DNA of 62,434 nucleotides from a virus (taxonomy: Duplodnaviria; Caudoviricetes): positions 1 through 62,434 of IMG/VR virus record IMGVR_UViG_3300036859_000414; one strand, 5' to 3'. Positions 43,883 to 53,662 of this stretch are shown here, one piece after another; the first letter of the stretch is position 1, and every line of letters begins with the position of its first letter. Below the pieces are notes generated by a model, which saw only the letters and a program-made list of their open reading frames with translations, did no database searches and was not told the origin of the DNA. Position numbers and translations under genes: made by a program.

Positions 43883-45243
43883 CGAAGTATCACCGAGAGC
43901 TGATGCTGAAAGGCCTCGTCGTGAGTGCCGAGCGTCGCTCTCTGCTCGAAGTCCTGGAGGCTCATGCGTATTCGTCGACGCAAGTGCAGTTGCCACAATA
44001 TCTTGCGAGTGCGATCAAGGGTATTCAAGACCTCGTTCCGGAAGAGGACTTGGCGGAGGATGGGAAAGAGAGTGACTACCACATCACCGTGAAGTACGGG
44101 CTTCATACGAACGAGTGGATGGAAGTTGCGGAGGCACTGTCGGACGAGTCGGATCCGATCGAGTTCACCTTCGGGGAGCTCGCACTCTTTACAACAGTAG
44201 AGAAATACGATGTCCTCATCGTGCGGGTGCAGAGTGAGTGCCTCCATCGTCTCAATAAGAAGCTTTCTGAGAGGCTTGACGTAACAGATACACATCCGGT
44301 CTACTTCCCACATGCTACGGTCGCGTACATCAAGAAGGGCAGAGGCGTCCTGCTCAATGGGCGCCAGGACCTGAATGGACAGTCGGGCACCGTGTACGGT
44401 ATTCGCTTCTTTTCGAAGGGTGGAACGAACACGGACATCTTGACGGCTTCGCCGAAGGCTCTTACGGCGCGTCCTGAAAGCGAACTCGTCATGCAAGCAG
44501 CGGCTGATGAGCACCTCAAGAAGCTCGTGAAGTTGTACGAATATGCCTTCAAAATGGGCCGCCTTGGTGTTGATCGAGGAGCACTTGAGACGGCGATTCT
44601 CGCTAGGAGTGAAGAGAGCGTTCTTGCAGCGATGGCTAACGCGCCTGGCGCTGTGGGTGCTGCGATGGAGGAGTTCCTTGAAGGTGTGATCCTCAAAGCC
44701 CTAAAGGCTGGAGGGGACGCAGGTATCCGACTTCTCAAGAAGAGGATGCGCGCCGCCTCGAGCCTTCGTAGTGCTGCAGGAGAAGACGACTTCCTCACGA
44801 TGGCCTTCGACGTCTCGAATAAGAACGCTGTTGCTTGGGCGAAGAAGTACGCCGCACAGGAAGTCACGAACATTACGGAGTCAACAAGAAAGAAGATCAA
44901 GGACGTAGTCGTCAAGGCTTTGAAGGGCGAGGAAGGACCACGCGAGCTCTACAAGAGCATCCTGGAGTCTATCGGCAACAAGGATCGAGCACAGGCCATC
45001 TCGCGCTTCGAGCTGATGCAAGCGTCCAACGAAGGACAACGACAAGGCTGGTCTCAGGCGGTCGACAAAGGTCTTCTGAACGGAGATGAGAAGCGCGTCT
45101 GGATTGCGACAGAAGGCGCATGCTCTCTGTGCGAAGGGCTCGACGGACAGACCGCTCCGCTTGGCGAGGAATATCCAAACGACGGAGGAGACGGGCCTCC
45201 TCTTCACGTAGGTTGTCGGTGCACGGAAGGGCTGACAGCATGA
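43879..45243 (+). CDS. MuF/gp7-like head morphogenesis protein with N-terminal 2H phosphoesterase (Acb1/T4 57B-like) domain
   Basis: HITVKYG and PHATVAY (two HxT motifs); C-terminal RAQAISRFE, KRVW, CSLC, PPLHVGCRC. Confidence 0.85.
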   Translation: MTKYHRELMLKGLVVSAERRSLLEVLEAHAYSSTQVQLPQYLASAIKGIQDLVPEEDLAEDGKESDYHITVKYGLHTNEWMEVAEALSDESDPIEFTFGELALFTTVEKYDVLIVRVQSECLHRLNKKLSERLDVTDTHPVYFPHATVAYIKKGRGVLLNGRQDLNGQSGTVYGIRFFSKGGTNTDILTASPKALTARPESELVMQAAADEHLKKLVKLYEYAFKMGRLGVDRGALETAILARSEESVLAAMANAPGAVGAAMEEFLEGVILKALKAGGDAGIRLLKKRMRAASSLRSAAGEDDFLTMAFDVSNKNAVAWAKKYAAQEVTNITESTRKKIKDVVVKALKGEEGPRELYKSILESIGNKDRAQAISRFELMQASNEGQRQGWSQAVDKGLLNGDEKRVWIATEGACSLCEGLDGQTAPLGEEYPNDGGDGPPLHVGCRCTEGLTA

Positions 45244-47636
45244 TCAAGAAGGTCGGAGAGAAGTGGGTACTCTTCACAAAGGACGGCTCGAAGCGTCTTG
45301 GCACCCACGACACTCGAGAAGAAGCAGTCGCACAAGAGCGTGCGATCGAGATCTCCAAACACAGGAGTGCTGAGATGAATCCTGAGCTGAGAGAGTACAT
45401 CCTCATCGGCGCGACAGGAAAGGTCGAGACCAAGCAGTACAATGGTCGAGACTTCTACGTCGTGCCGGTAGTGGCCTTGATGGAAGGAGTCATCCATGCC
45501 GTCAATGCTGAGACGCCTGAGTTCGTCTCCGAAGAGTGCCTTGCAGCAGCGGCACATACTTGGAACGGACGGCCTCTGGTCATAAACCATCCGACGAAGG
45601 ATGGTGTGCAGATCAGTGCGAACAATCCGACCGTGCTCGAGCAGCAGGGGATTGGACACATTTTCGAGAGCCGCATGAACGGGAAGAGACTGGGCATGCA
45701 GGCTTGGGTCGATCCGACGAGGCTTGAGACCCTAGGGCATCATGACCTTCTGAAGCGGATCAAGGAAGGCAAGAAGATCGAAGTCAGTGTAGGCGCTTTC
45801 GTCCGTACGATGGCCGAAGACGGCGAGCACAACAAGAAGAAGTACAAGGCAAAGTGGGCCGTCGCAGCTGGTGACCATCTTGCTATCCTTCCGAATTCGC
45901 GTGGTGCGTGCTCGGTCGAGATGGGGTGTGGACTTCATCGGCATGCGGAGGCCTTCGAGCTCACGGACGAGGGCATGAGGAGCTTGGGTGGGCCGGGAAG
46001 TGGCTGGTCTGCCGAAGGTGGACACGTCCCAGGCTCTCAGGGCGGAGGCTCTTCAAGCGGCGGAAAGGGTGGAAAGCTCGACGCCATGCAGAGCGAGCTC
46101 CACCACAAGGACGCAGCGAAGGCCTATCAAGACGCAGCGTCTGCTGTAGACCATCTTGCGTACTCCACCGAGCCTACGAAAGAGGTCATCAAGGGAGCCA
46201 AGGACGCCGTCAAGAAGGCGATCGCTGCAACGAAGAAGACTGGCGCTCAGCCGTACGCGATGCAAGCCGCTCAGGCGTACCTTCGGATGGCGGACAAAGC
46301 CAAGGATTCGGAGACGCGCGAGAAGCATCTGAAGGAAGCCCAGAAGATGCTCAACCAGGCTGCGTCGTGGCACAAGAGCGCTGCGAAGACGGTGATGAAG
46401 GAACCTCCTGTCGAACACAAGCCGAAAGAGAGTCCTTCGGAGTTCCAGAAGCGTCTCGAGAAAGAAGCGAACTGGGGACCTCGTCCAAAGGCGCTTCCCT
46501 CCGACTGGGGCACTCTTCCTGGCGGCCAGAGAGTGAAAGGATCGAAGAAGATGCGAGGCTATGCTGAGAACTTCCGTGCAGGTCTTCTGCGCCTGCTGGG
46601 AGAGCAGGAAGAGGACACGATCGTCTTTCTCACTCTCGCAGAGGCTTCTCTTGACGATCGCATCTCTGCGGTGAACGAAGCTGTAAGAGCGATGTACGCG
46701 GACGACAAGGAGAACAAGTACGCGTACGCTCGCTGCGTCTACGACGACTACGTCATCATTTCCTGCGACGGAAAGCTGTGGAGGATGGCGTACGAAGTGG
46801 ACGAGACGAACAAGGTCACGCTCACGGGTGAGAAGACCGAAGTTCGTCAACTCCCACCAAAATTCGTCCCCGTCGACTACGAAGAGGATGACGACGAGGA
46901 CTACGATCTCGAAGACCTCGAGAGGTTCGTGGCCGCCGCCGGCGCACGACACTCGGCGTCTGACCGAAAGGCTCTTCAGACCATCCACGACAACGTGGTT
47001 GAGCTGGGTGCCGAGTGTAAGGAGATGAAAGCAGCGGCGGCAAACCCTGGATGCAAGTGTGGCGGGCATCGCTCCGCCGAAGGAGGAGACAACATGGACC
47101 GTATTGCCCGTATCAAGGCCTTGACGGAGAACAAGCACAACCCCGTCAAGGTGCTGAAGGCGCTGGAGGCGATGAGCGACGAGGAGCTCACTGCTCTCGA
47201 GACGCACTGCACCACAGTCGAGAAGGCCGAGAAGGACAGCACCGAAAAGGTGACTGCTCTCACGACCGAGGTCGAGACGTTGAAGGCTGCTGCAGCCAAG
47301 ACGCCGACCGACGAGGAGTATCTGAAGACGGCTCCTCCGGCGATCAAGACGCTTGTCGAGACTGCGAGAGCGGCCGAGACGAAGCGAAAGGACGAGCTCG
47401 TCGAGGTGCTGAAGACAGCACAGAGCCTGCACAAGGAAGAGGCTCTGAAGACCTTCGACCTTGCTCGTCTCGAGGAGATCGCGGCCCTCGTCGGCGCGAA
47501 GCCGGCTGTCGACTACAGCGGTGCGAGACTGGTTCCTCGCGCGGCTGGAGAGAACGATCCGTACCTCAACCCGCCGAACCCGTATGGAGACGAGGCGCTC
47601 AAGGCGTACGCGTCGCGCACGGGCATCGCTCACTAG
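45240..47636 (+). CDS. Prohead protease/scaffold (DUF2213-like) with internal insertions
   Basis: VALMEGV, WNGRPLVINHP, EVSVG, DHLAILPNSRGACS...GCG; coiled-coil C-terminus. Confidence 0.85.
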   Translation: MIKKVGEKWVLFTKDGSKRLGTHDTREEAVAQERAIEISKHRSAEMNPELREYILIGATGKVETKQYNGRDFYVVPVVALMEGVIHAVNAETPEFVSEECLAAAAHTWNGRPLVINHPTKDGVQISANNPTVLEQQGIGHIFESRMNGKRLGMQAWVDPTRLETLGHHDLLKRIKEGKKIEVSVGAFVRTMAEDGEHNKKKYKAKWAVAAGDHLAILPNSRGACSVEMGCGLHRHAEAFELTDEGMRSLGGPGSGWSAEGGHVPGSQGGGSSSGGKGGKLDAMQSELHHKDAAKAYQDAASAVDHLAYSTEPTKEVIKGAKDAVKKAIAATKKTGAQPYAMQAAQAYLRMADKAKDSETREKHLKEAQKMLNQAASWHKSAAKTVMKEPPVEHKPKESPSEFQKRLEKEANWGPRPKALPSDWGTLPGGQRVKGSKKMRGYAENFRAGLLRLLGEQEEDTIVFLTLAEASLDDRISAVNEAVRAMYADDKENKYAYARCVYDDYVIISCDGKLWRMAYEVDETNKVTLTGEKTEVRQLPPKFVPVDYEEDDDEDYDLEDLERFVAAAGARHSASDRKALQTIHDNVVELGAECKEMKAAAANPGCKCGGHRSAEGGDNMDRIARIKALTENKHNPVKVLKALEAMSDEELTALETHCTTVEKAEKDSTEKVTALTTEVETLKAAAAKTPTDEEYLKTAPPAIKTLVETARAAETKRKDELVEVLKTAQSLHKEEALKTFDLARLEEIAALVGAKPAVDYSGARLVPRAAGENDPYLNPPNPYGDEALKAYASRTGIAH
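47094..47636 (+). CDS. Nested in-frame scaffold protein
   Basis: AGGAGGAG RBS before in-frame ATG 47094. Confidence 0.55.
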   Translation: MDRIARIKALTENKHNPVKVLKALEAMSDEELTALETHCTTVEKAEKDSTEKVTALTTEVETLKAAAAKTPTDEEYLKTAPPAIKTLVETARAAETKRKDELVEVLKTAQSLHKEEALKTFDLARLEEIAALVGAKPAVDYSGARLVPRAAGENDPYLNPPNPYGDEALKAYASRTGIAH

Positions 47637-47682
47637 GCCAGTTCGACGGCGCCTATGAGCGCTGTCAGAAGGAGTAGCACAC

Positions 47683-48120
47683 ATGGCAGTCACACAGAAG
47701 GATCCCAACACGATCTGGTTGGGTGGGCCGAGGACGGAGATCGGAGATCTTGCGGCCGAAGAGGCGATCACTCCTGGTCACCTCGTCGAACGTCACGTCA
47801 GCGCTGGCGTGATCCGCTGGAGGAAGCACGCTACCGCAGCCGTTGCGACCGCACGCGCAGTGGCGACCGAACAGTCGATGCTCAACCAGGGTGTCGATGA
47901 CGCCTACGCCGCTGGAGACCTCATGGAGGTGTCCGAAGGCGCCGGCGGTTCGACGTTCTGGATGCTGATCGCGTCTGGTCAGACCATCGTCGCAGGCGAC
48001 AAGCTCGAGAGCGCGGGTAACGGTACGCTGCGCGTTCTCGCATCGGGCGTCGCTCTGTTCTCGGCTCTCGAAGCCAAAACCGCAACCGCTCTGACGCGCA
48101 TCCGCGTCGAAGTCGTCTAG
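47683..48120 (+). CDS. Head decoration / cement protein
   Basis: AITPGHLVE...YAAGD...GDKLESAGNGTLR; located between scaffold and MCP. Confidence 0.8.
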   Translation: MAVTQKDPNTIWLGGPRTEIGDLAAEEAITPGHLVERHVSAGVIRWRKHATAAVATARAVATEQSMLNQGVDDAYAAGDLMEVSEGAGGSTFWMLIASGQTIVAGDKLESAGNGTLRVLASGVALFSALEAKTATALTRIRVEVV

Positions 48121-48153
48121 CATCGACGCCACATAGCGTCAGGAGGAATCTAC

Positions 48154-49200
48154 ATGTTCGATCAGATGCGTTGGACAGCCGGCAACGGCAAGAGCCCGAT
48201 CGCAGGAGCGCTTCTCCGGTCTCTCGGAGAACAGGGGGAACTGTCCATTCCCGCCTTGCGCGCTCTGTCGCCGTTGAGCGACAAGGCACAGGTCATGGTG
48301 GACAAGGCTGTCGTCGAGGTGGGTCTCGAACGGCTGGTGTTCGCGGCGGACCTGATGGCGGAAGGGCTGACGTACAGTCTCCCCGATCCTCTCAGCGTGA
48401 CACAGCTCGAGTGGGACCAGGGGAACAAGATCGGCACTGCCCAGAGGACGATGAGTCCTGCGGCTCGTGGAGAGAACCAGCTCCAGGATCGCAAGCACAA
48501 GCGGTTGCCGATCTACCTCACCACGGATGACTTCTCGCTCGGCATCAGAACACTGAAGATGTCCGAGAGGGTCGGTCAGCCGCTGGACACGGCGATGATC
48601 AAGCAGTCGGTTCGTCGGGTGAACGAGAGCATCGAGGACGCCGCCATCAACGGTGCCACGACTCTCGACGGCCAGGCGTTGACCGTTGCGGGTTACGGTG
48701 CGCCGGGTCTCCTGAACGCGCCGAATGCCAACACGCAGGCTCTGAGCGTCGACTGGACGGCAGCGAACGTCGTGGGCACCACGGGTCCTGCGATGATCAA
48801 CGACGTTCTTGCGATGATCGCGAAGGCTCAGGCGGACCTGAAGTACGGGCCTTACAACCTGTACATCGGGACGACGGCTGGGACGGTCATCGAAGGCGAC
48901 TTCAAGGTCAACACGACCGACACCATTCGGGAGCGTCTCGAGCGCATCCAGGTTGGTGGTCGGCCGCTGCGGATCAGGATCGCCGACAGGATGCCGAACA
49001 GCGCGACGGGGACCCAGATCGCGCTCGTGCAGATGACCAGCGACGTGGTCGAGATGGTGAACGGACAGCCGCCGACGGTGATTCCGTGGACCTCGCTCGA
49101 CGGGTTCACGTTGTACTGGCTGATCATGGCCATCATGGTCCCGCGCGTACGCGACGACTACGACGGCAACTCGGGCGTCGTGCTCGGAGTCAAGAGCTAG
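48154..49200 (+). CDS. Major capsid protein (HK97 fold, encapsulin/linocin-like family)
   Basis: 348 aa; strong RBS; LPIYLTTDDFSL, GLLNAPN, YGPYNLY, IMAIMVPRVR. Confidence 0.88.
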   Translation: MFDQMRWTAGNGKSPIAGALLRSLGEQGELSIPALRALSPLSDKAQVMVDKAVVEVGLERLVFAADLMAEGLTYSLPDPLSVTQLEWDQGNKIGTAQRTMSPAARGENQLQDRKHKRLPIYLTTDDFSLGIRTLKMSERVGQPLDTAMIKQSVRRVNESIEDAAINGATTLDGQALTVAGYGAPGLLNAPNANTQALSVDWTAANVVGTTGPAMINDVLAMIAKAQADLKYGPYNLYIGTTAGTVIEGDFKVNTTDTIRERLERIQVGGRPLRIRIADRMPNSATGTQIALVQMTSDVVEMVNGQPPTVIPWTSLDGFTLYWLIMAIMVPRVRDDYDGNSGVVLGVKS

Positions 49201-49209
49201 TAGGGACGA

Positions 49210-49240
49210 GGGTTGGAGGAGAGTAGGTCTCCTCCAGCCC
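49210..49240 (+). terminator. Hairpin after MCP (attenuator or mRNA stabiliser)
   Basis: GGGTTGGAGGAGA-gtagg-TCTCCTCCAGCCC. Confidence 0.55.
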
Positions 49241-49266
49241 GTACTTCACAGCCTTGGGAGGGCAAA

Positions 49267-49539
49267 ATGAGTACACCAACACCACCAGTACCGCCGACAC
49301 CACCAACGCCTGCAAAGCCGTTCGTGTCTGACTTCGTCTTCACAGGACTACCAGGCACACCGTTCAACATCGAGCGTAAGGCAGGAGGGTTCGGCAAGCC
49401 TGGAAGCGTGAGCGTCGGAGGCACGATCGTCTCACTCTCTTCGTGGACGGATCAGAAGATCAAGGGTGAGATTCCCAAGAGCGCCAAGATGGGTCCTGTC
49501 GTCGTGACTACGGAAGACGGCGTGACCTTCAAAGGATAG
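49267..49539 (+). CDS. Small IPT/TIG-like virion protein with a Pro/Thr-rich N-terminus
   Basis: GFGKPGSVSVGG...SWTDQKIKGEIP...GPVVVTT. Confidence 0.7.
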   Translation: MSTPTPPVPPTPPTPAKPFVSDFVFTGLPGTPFNIERKAGGFGKPGSVSVGGTIVSLSSWTDQKIKGEIPKSAKMGPVVVTTEDGVTFKG

Positions 49540-49542
49540 ACG

Positions 49543-50154
49543 ATGCCAACCATTGACGCCGCAGTTGGTGGTGCGAGTTCGAACTCGTACGAGACGCACG
49601 CAGAAGCGAACACGTACTTCGACGAGAGGCTCCCTCTTAATCCTCCGTGGGTGACGAGCGGACAGGAAGCCGTGTTGATCATGGCGACGAGGCTATTGGA
49701 CGCGCTCGCACAGCCGTTCAAGACCTTCTTCCCAGCCATGAATGGCTCTCCTGCGTACTACCGAGTGCGGCGTCAGTGGACTGGTAGTCCCGCCACAGCG
49801 ACCCAAAGGCTCGCATGGCCTCGCGTCGGAATGTATGACTCGAACGGCAATGCAATTGCGAGCAACGTTATTCCCATCGAGCTCAAGTGGGCAGAGAGTG
49901 AGCTTGCGGGACAGCTTCTCAAGGCCGATAGGACTCTCGACAACGATGTGATCGTGCAGGGCGTTACGAGTGTGAAGGCTGGGAGCGTTGCTCTGACCTT
50001 CAAGGAGAACATCATCCCGCAGGTGATACCGGATGCCGTGTACAACCTGCTGCCACAGAGCTGGTTGACCGACGAGCTCTACGTGATGGCCAACTCCGCA
50101 CAGTTCGACGTCGTGAGTGAAAGGCCTCCGGTGCTCGGAGAGGAGTCACTATGA
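49543..50154 (+). CDS. Head-tail adaptor (DnaT-like family)
   Basis: SNSYETHAEANTYF, ATRLLD, QRLAWPR, IPIELKWAESELA. Confidence 0.85.
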   Translation: MPTIDAAVGGASSNSYETHAEANTYFDERLPLNPPWVTSGQEAVLIMATRLLDALAQPFKTFFPAMNGSPAYYRVRRQWTGSPATATQRLAWPRVGMYDSNGNAIASNVIPIELKWAESELAGQLLKADRTLDNDVIVQGVTSVKAGSVALTFKENIIPQVIPDAVYNLLPQSWLTDELYVMANSAQFDVVSERPPVLGEESL

Positions 50155-50534
50155 GCCTCTTGGACGTCGTGAGAGCTGGTGTGGCTCTTGCGAATACGAT
50201 CACACAGCCTTTGCAGGCTACGGTCGTGTACGAGAGACGTCTTACGTCTGATGATCAGGGGACTGGCGCCTTCGCCGCTCCAGTGAACCTCAAGGCCATC
50301 GTCGACTGGAAGCAGAAGCAGATCAGAACGCCGACTGGCGAGCTGTCTGTGAGTCGATCATACGTGATGTTCCTCGACATCGTTGCACTTGTTGCAGCTA
50401 CCGGCGGAGAAGGCATCAACGACCAGGACCTGATCACTCTGCCAGACGGGACTACGGGACCGATCTTGGACATGAGTGGGTTCATTGATGCAGGGACAGG
50501 ACACCCCGTGGCGACCGAACTGTGGCTGGGATGA
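50151..50534 (+). CDS. Head closure protein (putative)
   Basis: Position after the adaptor; DLITLPDG. Confidence 0.7.
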   Translation: MSLLDVVRAGVALANTITQPLQATVVYERRLTSDDQGTGAFAAPVNLKAIVDWKQKQIRTPTGELSVSRSYVMFLDIVALVAATGGEGINDQDLITLPDGTTGPILDMSGFIDAGTGHPVATELWLG

Positions 50535-51298
50535 TCACCATTTGCATGACCTACTTCAAGAGTCTCCAGCTTGCAAACCTCGAAGCTGCTCTCTACTCGG
50601 TAGGGAGGCAGAGGCTGGATCACGTGCAGGAGATCATCCTGCTGGACAACAACACGGAGGACACGTACGAGGATGTGAAGTGGGCCGTTGAGCATGCGAA
50701 GGTTCCGAAGCCTGTCAGTATCATACAGGCGAAGCATGGGGATAGGACTAAGACGCACGCGTGGTCGAGCAATAGAGTCATCGGACAAGCGAAGACGCCT
50801 TGGGTCTTCTTCACGCGAGCAGATTACATCCTGGACTTCAGGCTCCTGGACAAGTGCATGATGGTCATAGAGCAGTATCCGAGAGACGACTGGGACGGGT
50901 TCATCACTGGACACGTCTATCATCTCGGAGTCGACATCGGCGTCGTGAATCACGCAGCGTGGCGGCAAGAAGGCCCACAGGTTCTGAAGGGCCTGCCTGG
51001 CGTGGAGAACGACTATACGAGTATCGATTCTGGCGTCTGGATGGGACGGAGAGCGTCTTGGGAGAGGGTCGGAGGACTCGACGAGCGGCTTACGGCATGG
51101 GGGCATGCTCAGACAGACTTCCAGCACCGACTCTACGAGACTGGGACTGAGTTCGTGAAGATCCACGAGGCTCTGTTCTACCACCCTCAGCACAGCGCGG
51201 AGCGCGATATAAACGCAGCACACGAGCAGTTGAAGGCACAGGGTAGAGACATTCGTGAGATGTGGAAGAGATACGACGGAAAGAAGCCTTACTCATGA
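50531..51298 (+). CDS. Glycosyltransferase, GT2/GT-A fold
   Basis: EIILLDNNTED, FFTRADYIL, VGGLDERLTAWGHAQTDF. Confidence 0.85.
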   Translation: MITICMTYFKSLQLANLEAALYSVGRQRLDHVQEIILLDNNTEDTYEDVKWAVEHAKVPKPVSIIQAKHGDRTKTHAWSSNRVIGQAKTPWVFFTRADYILDFRLLDKCMMVIEQYPRDDWDGFITGHVYHLGVDIGVVNHAAWRQEGPQVLKGLPGVENDYTSIDSGVWMGRRASWERVGGLDERLTAWGHAQTDFQHRLYETGTEFVKIHEALFYHPQHSAERDINAAHEQLKAQGRDIREMWKRYDGKKPYS

Positions 51299-52011
51299 GA
51301 CCTTACAACCGCTCGCTCCACCCTGACGACTACGCCTTTCTCGCGAAGTGGGATACGGAGCTCCATGCGTTTCTGGATACGATGGTGAGGAGAAAGGTGC
51401 CGCATCGTGAGTGGCACCCACATCGGTTCTGGGAGTACGCGTCGATGATGCAGCAGATGGAGGAGCTCGGAATGAAGAGCGACATCGAGCTCATCGATGT
51501 GGGAGCAGGAGCGTCTTTCTTCGATCCGTTCTGCGCCTTCTACTATCCTCGTCTGTGCTGCACCGACTCCATGAAGTACGGAGACGTGACCCCGATGGTC
51601 GAGGCGCAGAGAAGAGCGTATGACGTTGCTCTTCCCCTCTACGACCTGATGCTCGAGGACATGAGTCCGAAGTGGGAAATTGGCTGGGGCGGAGCGACGA
51701 ACAAGTTCGATGTGACGATGTGCATCTCGACCATCGAGCATGTAGACGGGCACGACCAAGCGATGAAAGAGCTGATCAGGATCACGAAGCCAGGCGGTTA
51801 CATCTTCATCACCAGTGACTACTTCAGGGACCACGCTCAGTGGGAGGCCTCTCCGTCCAGGCATCTTCAAGTCACACCCTACATGCAAGAGAGCGTTGAA
51901 GCACTTCCTGCAAAGTTCGGCCTCGAGTTCGTAGGTCCCACGGACTTCGGGTATAAGGGAGACTTCGTTCACACGTACTCGTTCTGCAACCTCTGTCTTC
52001 GTAAACCATGA
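51295..52011 (+). CDS. Class I SAM-dependent methyltransferase
   Basis: RFWEY, LIDVGAG, FDVTMCISTIEHV, ITKPGG. Confidence 0.88.
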   Translation: MRPYNRSLHPDDYAFLAKWDTELHAFLDTMVRRKVPHREWHPHRFWEYASMMQQMEELGMKSDIELIDVGAGASFFDPFCAFYYPRLCCTDSMKYGDVTPMVEAQRRAYDVALPLYDLMLEDMSPKWEIGWGGATNKFDVTMCISTIEHVDGHDQAMKELIRITKPGGYIFITSDYFRDHAQWEASPSRHLQVTPYMQESVEALPAKFGLEFVGPTDFGYKGDFVHTYSFCNLCLRKP

Positions 52012-52061
52012 CCAGTATCCACTTGGCTCTTCGGAGCCATGACAACGGAAAAGGCCAATGA
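52008..52061 (+). CDS. 17-aa mini-ORF coupling the methyltransferase and radical SAM genes
   Basis: MTSIHLALRSHDNGKGQ*, ATGA overlaps at both ends. Confidence 0.35.
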   Translation: MTSIHLALRSHDNGKGQ

Positions 52062-53662
52062 GCAAAATCATACCTGTCTCGTCTCTCAACTCCGCTTACC
52101 AGATGAGCGGAGAGGGAAGCTGTTCGACTGTCACAACTTCGGGCCTTCCGATCAGGAAGATCCCACGCAAGAAGATTCACTGCATCCTGCCGTCGAGCCC
52201 GTGGCTGGCAGACTCGAAGACCAACGTGCCACTCGGTGTGCTGTACATCGCAGGCCTCCTGCGCGAGCAAGGACACGACGTACGAGTGACGTCGATGCTC
52301 GACAAGCGCTATGAGGGCAATATCCACCTGCCGGAAGAGGTGATGGACAGTGACGTTCACATGTTCGGGTTCTGCACGCCACAGTTCGGAGAGGCGCTCG
52401 AGCTCGCGGCGTACATCAAAGACAGGTGTCCTGAAGCGCTGCTGGTTGCTGGTGGTCCTCATCCGTCGTACGAGCCGAAAGAGGTCTACGAGGCAGGGAG
52501 ACAGGAGCATTACCATTACAAGGGTGTGCTGGCTCAGAGGAGAGACTATCGCGCGGCTGACGGACGCAGACTGTTCGACTCTGTCGTTGTGATGGAAGGA
52601 GAGGTCGCTGTGCTCCAGCTCCTGTCGGACTGGGATGCTGGAAAGCTCCAGCCGTACTACTACGGCGATAAGGCCGATGCGATGGACCTCGACGCCATTC
52701 CATTTCCGGCCTGGGATCTTCTGCCGAAGGACCACATCTACAACGACGGCGTCGCGGTCATGAAGAAGAGGTACTTCCCGTCCGATATCCATCCGGATGC
52801 GAGCGGTGCTGTCATGAGCCTCATCGGCACACGCGGATGTCCTTACAAGTGCACGTACTGCAGCACGCCGTGGATCGGACAGAAGCCACGCTATCGCTCG
52901 CCACACAACATCATCACTGAGATGAGCCTTGTCATGGACAAGGGCGTCCGGATGTTCAAGTTCCAGGACGACACCTACACGCTGCACAAGACCAAGCTGA
53001 GGGAGTTGGCCGATGCCATCGACAGTGCCTTTGGACGAGACGCTTTCGCTGCGAGAATCCATACACGAGTCAACACTATGGATGATCATGTCGCTGAGTC
53101 TCTCAAGCGCATGTCCTGCAAGGTTACGTGCTTTGGCATCGAGAGCGGATCACAGCGAGTTCTTGACGCGAATCAGAAGGGAACGAAGGTCGCGCAGAAC
53201 ACGGCTGCGATCATCAAGGCTAAGGAGCACGGCTTCTACACCATCGCGTTCCTCGTGATCGGCATGGCTGGAGAGACGCTGGAGACGATGAAGGAGACAC
53301 AGCAGTGGCTTCTCAGCGTCAAGCCCTACCTCGACTCGTGCAACCTCGCTGTCGGCATCCCGTATCCTGGCTCGAGGTGGTGGACCCATCCGCAAGAGAG
53401 CGGCATCGACATTAGGGATTACAACTACGACAACCAGTGGATCGTCGGGTTCTCGGCACGAGACGAGATCCTCGTTCGGCCACACGGAGCGACGGTCGAC
53501 GACATGTTCAAGATCAAGCGCGAGATGTTCGACTTCCTCGTGTATCACGGCTGGGCGAAGGCCGAGTGGGACGAGGATGTCAGAATCCGTAAGCAGCAAG
53601 AGCAGGCTGCTCTCGAAGGCACTCTGACGGCTGCGTCTGGCCTGACGTACGCGGGGCACTGA
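52058..53662 (+). CDS. Cobalamin (B12)-binding radical SAM enzyme
   Basis: PLGVLYIAG, VAGGPHPS, GEVA, TRGCPYKCTYC, FQDDT, FGIESGSQRVL, PYPGS. Confidence 0.93.
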   Translation: MSKIIPVSSLNSAYQMSGEGSCSTVTTSGLPIRKIPRKKIHCILPSSPWLADSKTNVPLGVLYIAGLLREQGHDVRVTSMLDKRYEGNIHLPEEVMDSDVHMFGFCTPQFGEALELAAYIKDRCPEALLVAGGPHPSYEPKEVYEAGRQEHYHYKGVLAQRRDYRAADGRRLFDSVVVMEGEVAVLQLLSDWDAGKLQPYYYGDKADAMDLDAIPFPAWDLLPKDHIYNDGVAVMKKRYFPSDIHPDASGAVMSLIGTRGCPYKCTYCSTPWIGQKPRYRSPHNIITEMSLVMDKGVRMFKFQDDTYTLHKTKLRELADAIDSAFGRDAFAARIHTRVNTMDDHVAESLKRMSCKVTCFGIESGSQRVLDANQKGTKVAQNTAAIIKAKEHGFYTIAFLVIGMAGETLETMKETQQWLLSVKPYLDSCNLAVGIPYPGSRWWTHPQESGIDIRDYNYDNQWIVGFSARDEILVRPHGATVDDMFKIKREMFDFLVYHGWAKAEWDEDVRIRKQQEQAALEGTLTAASGLTYAGH

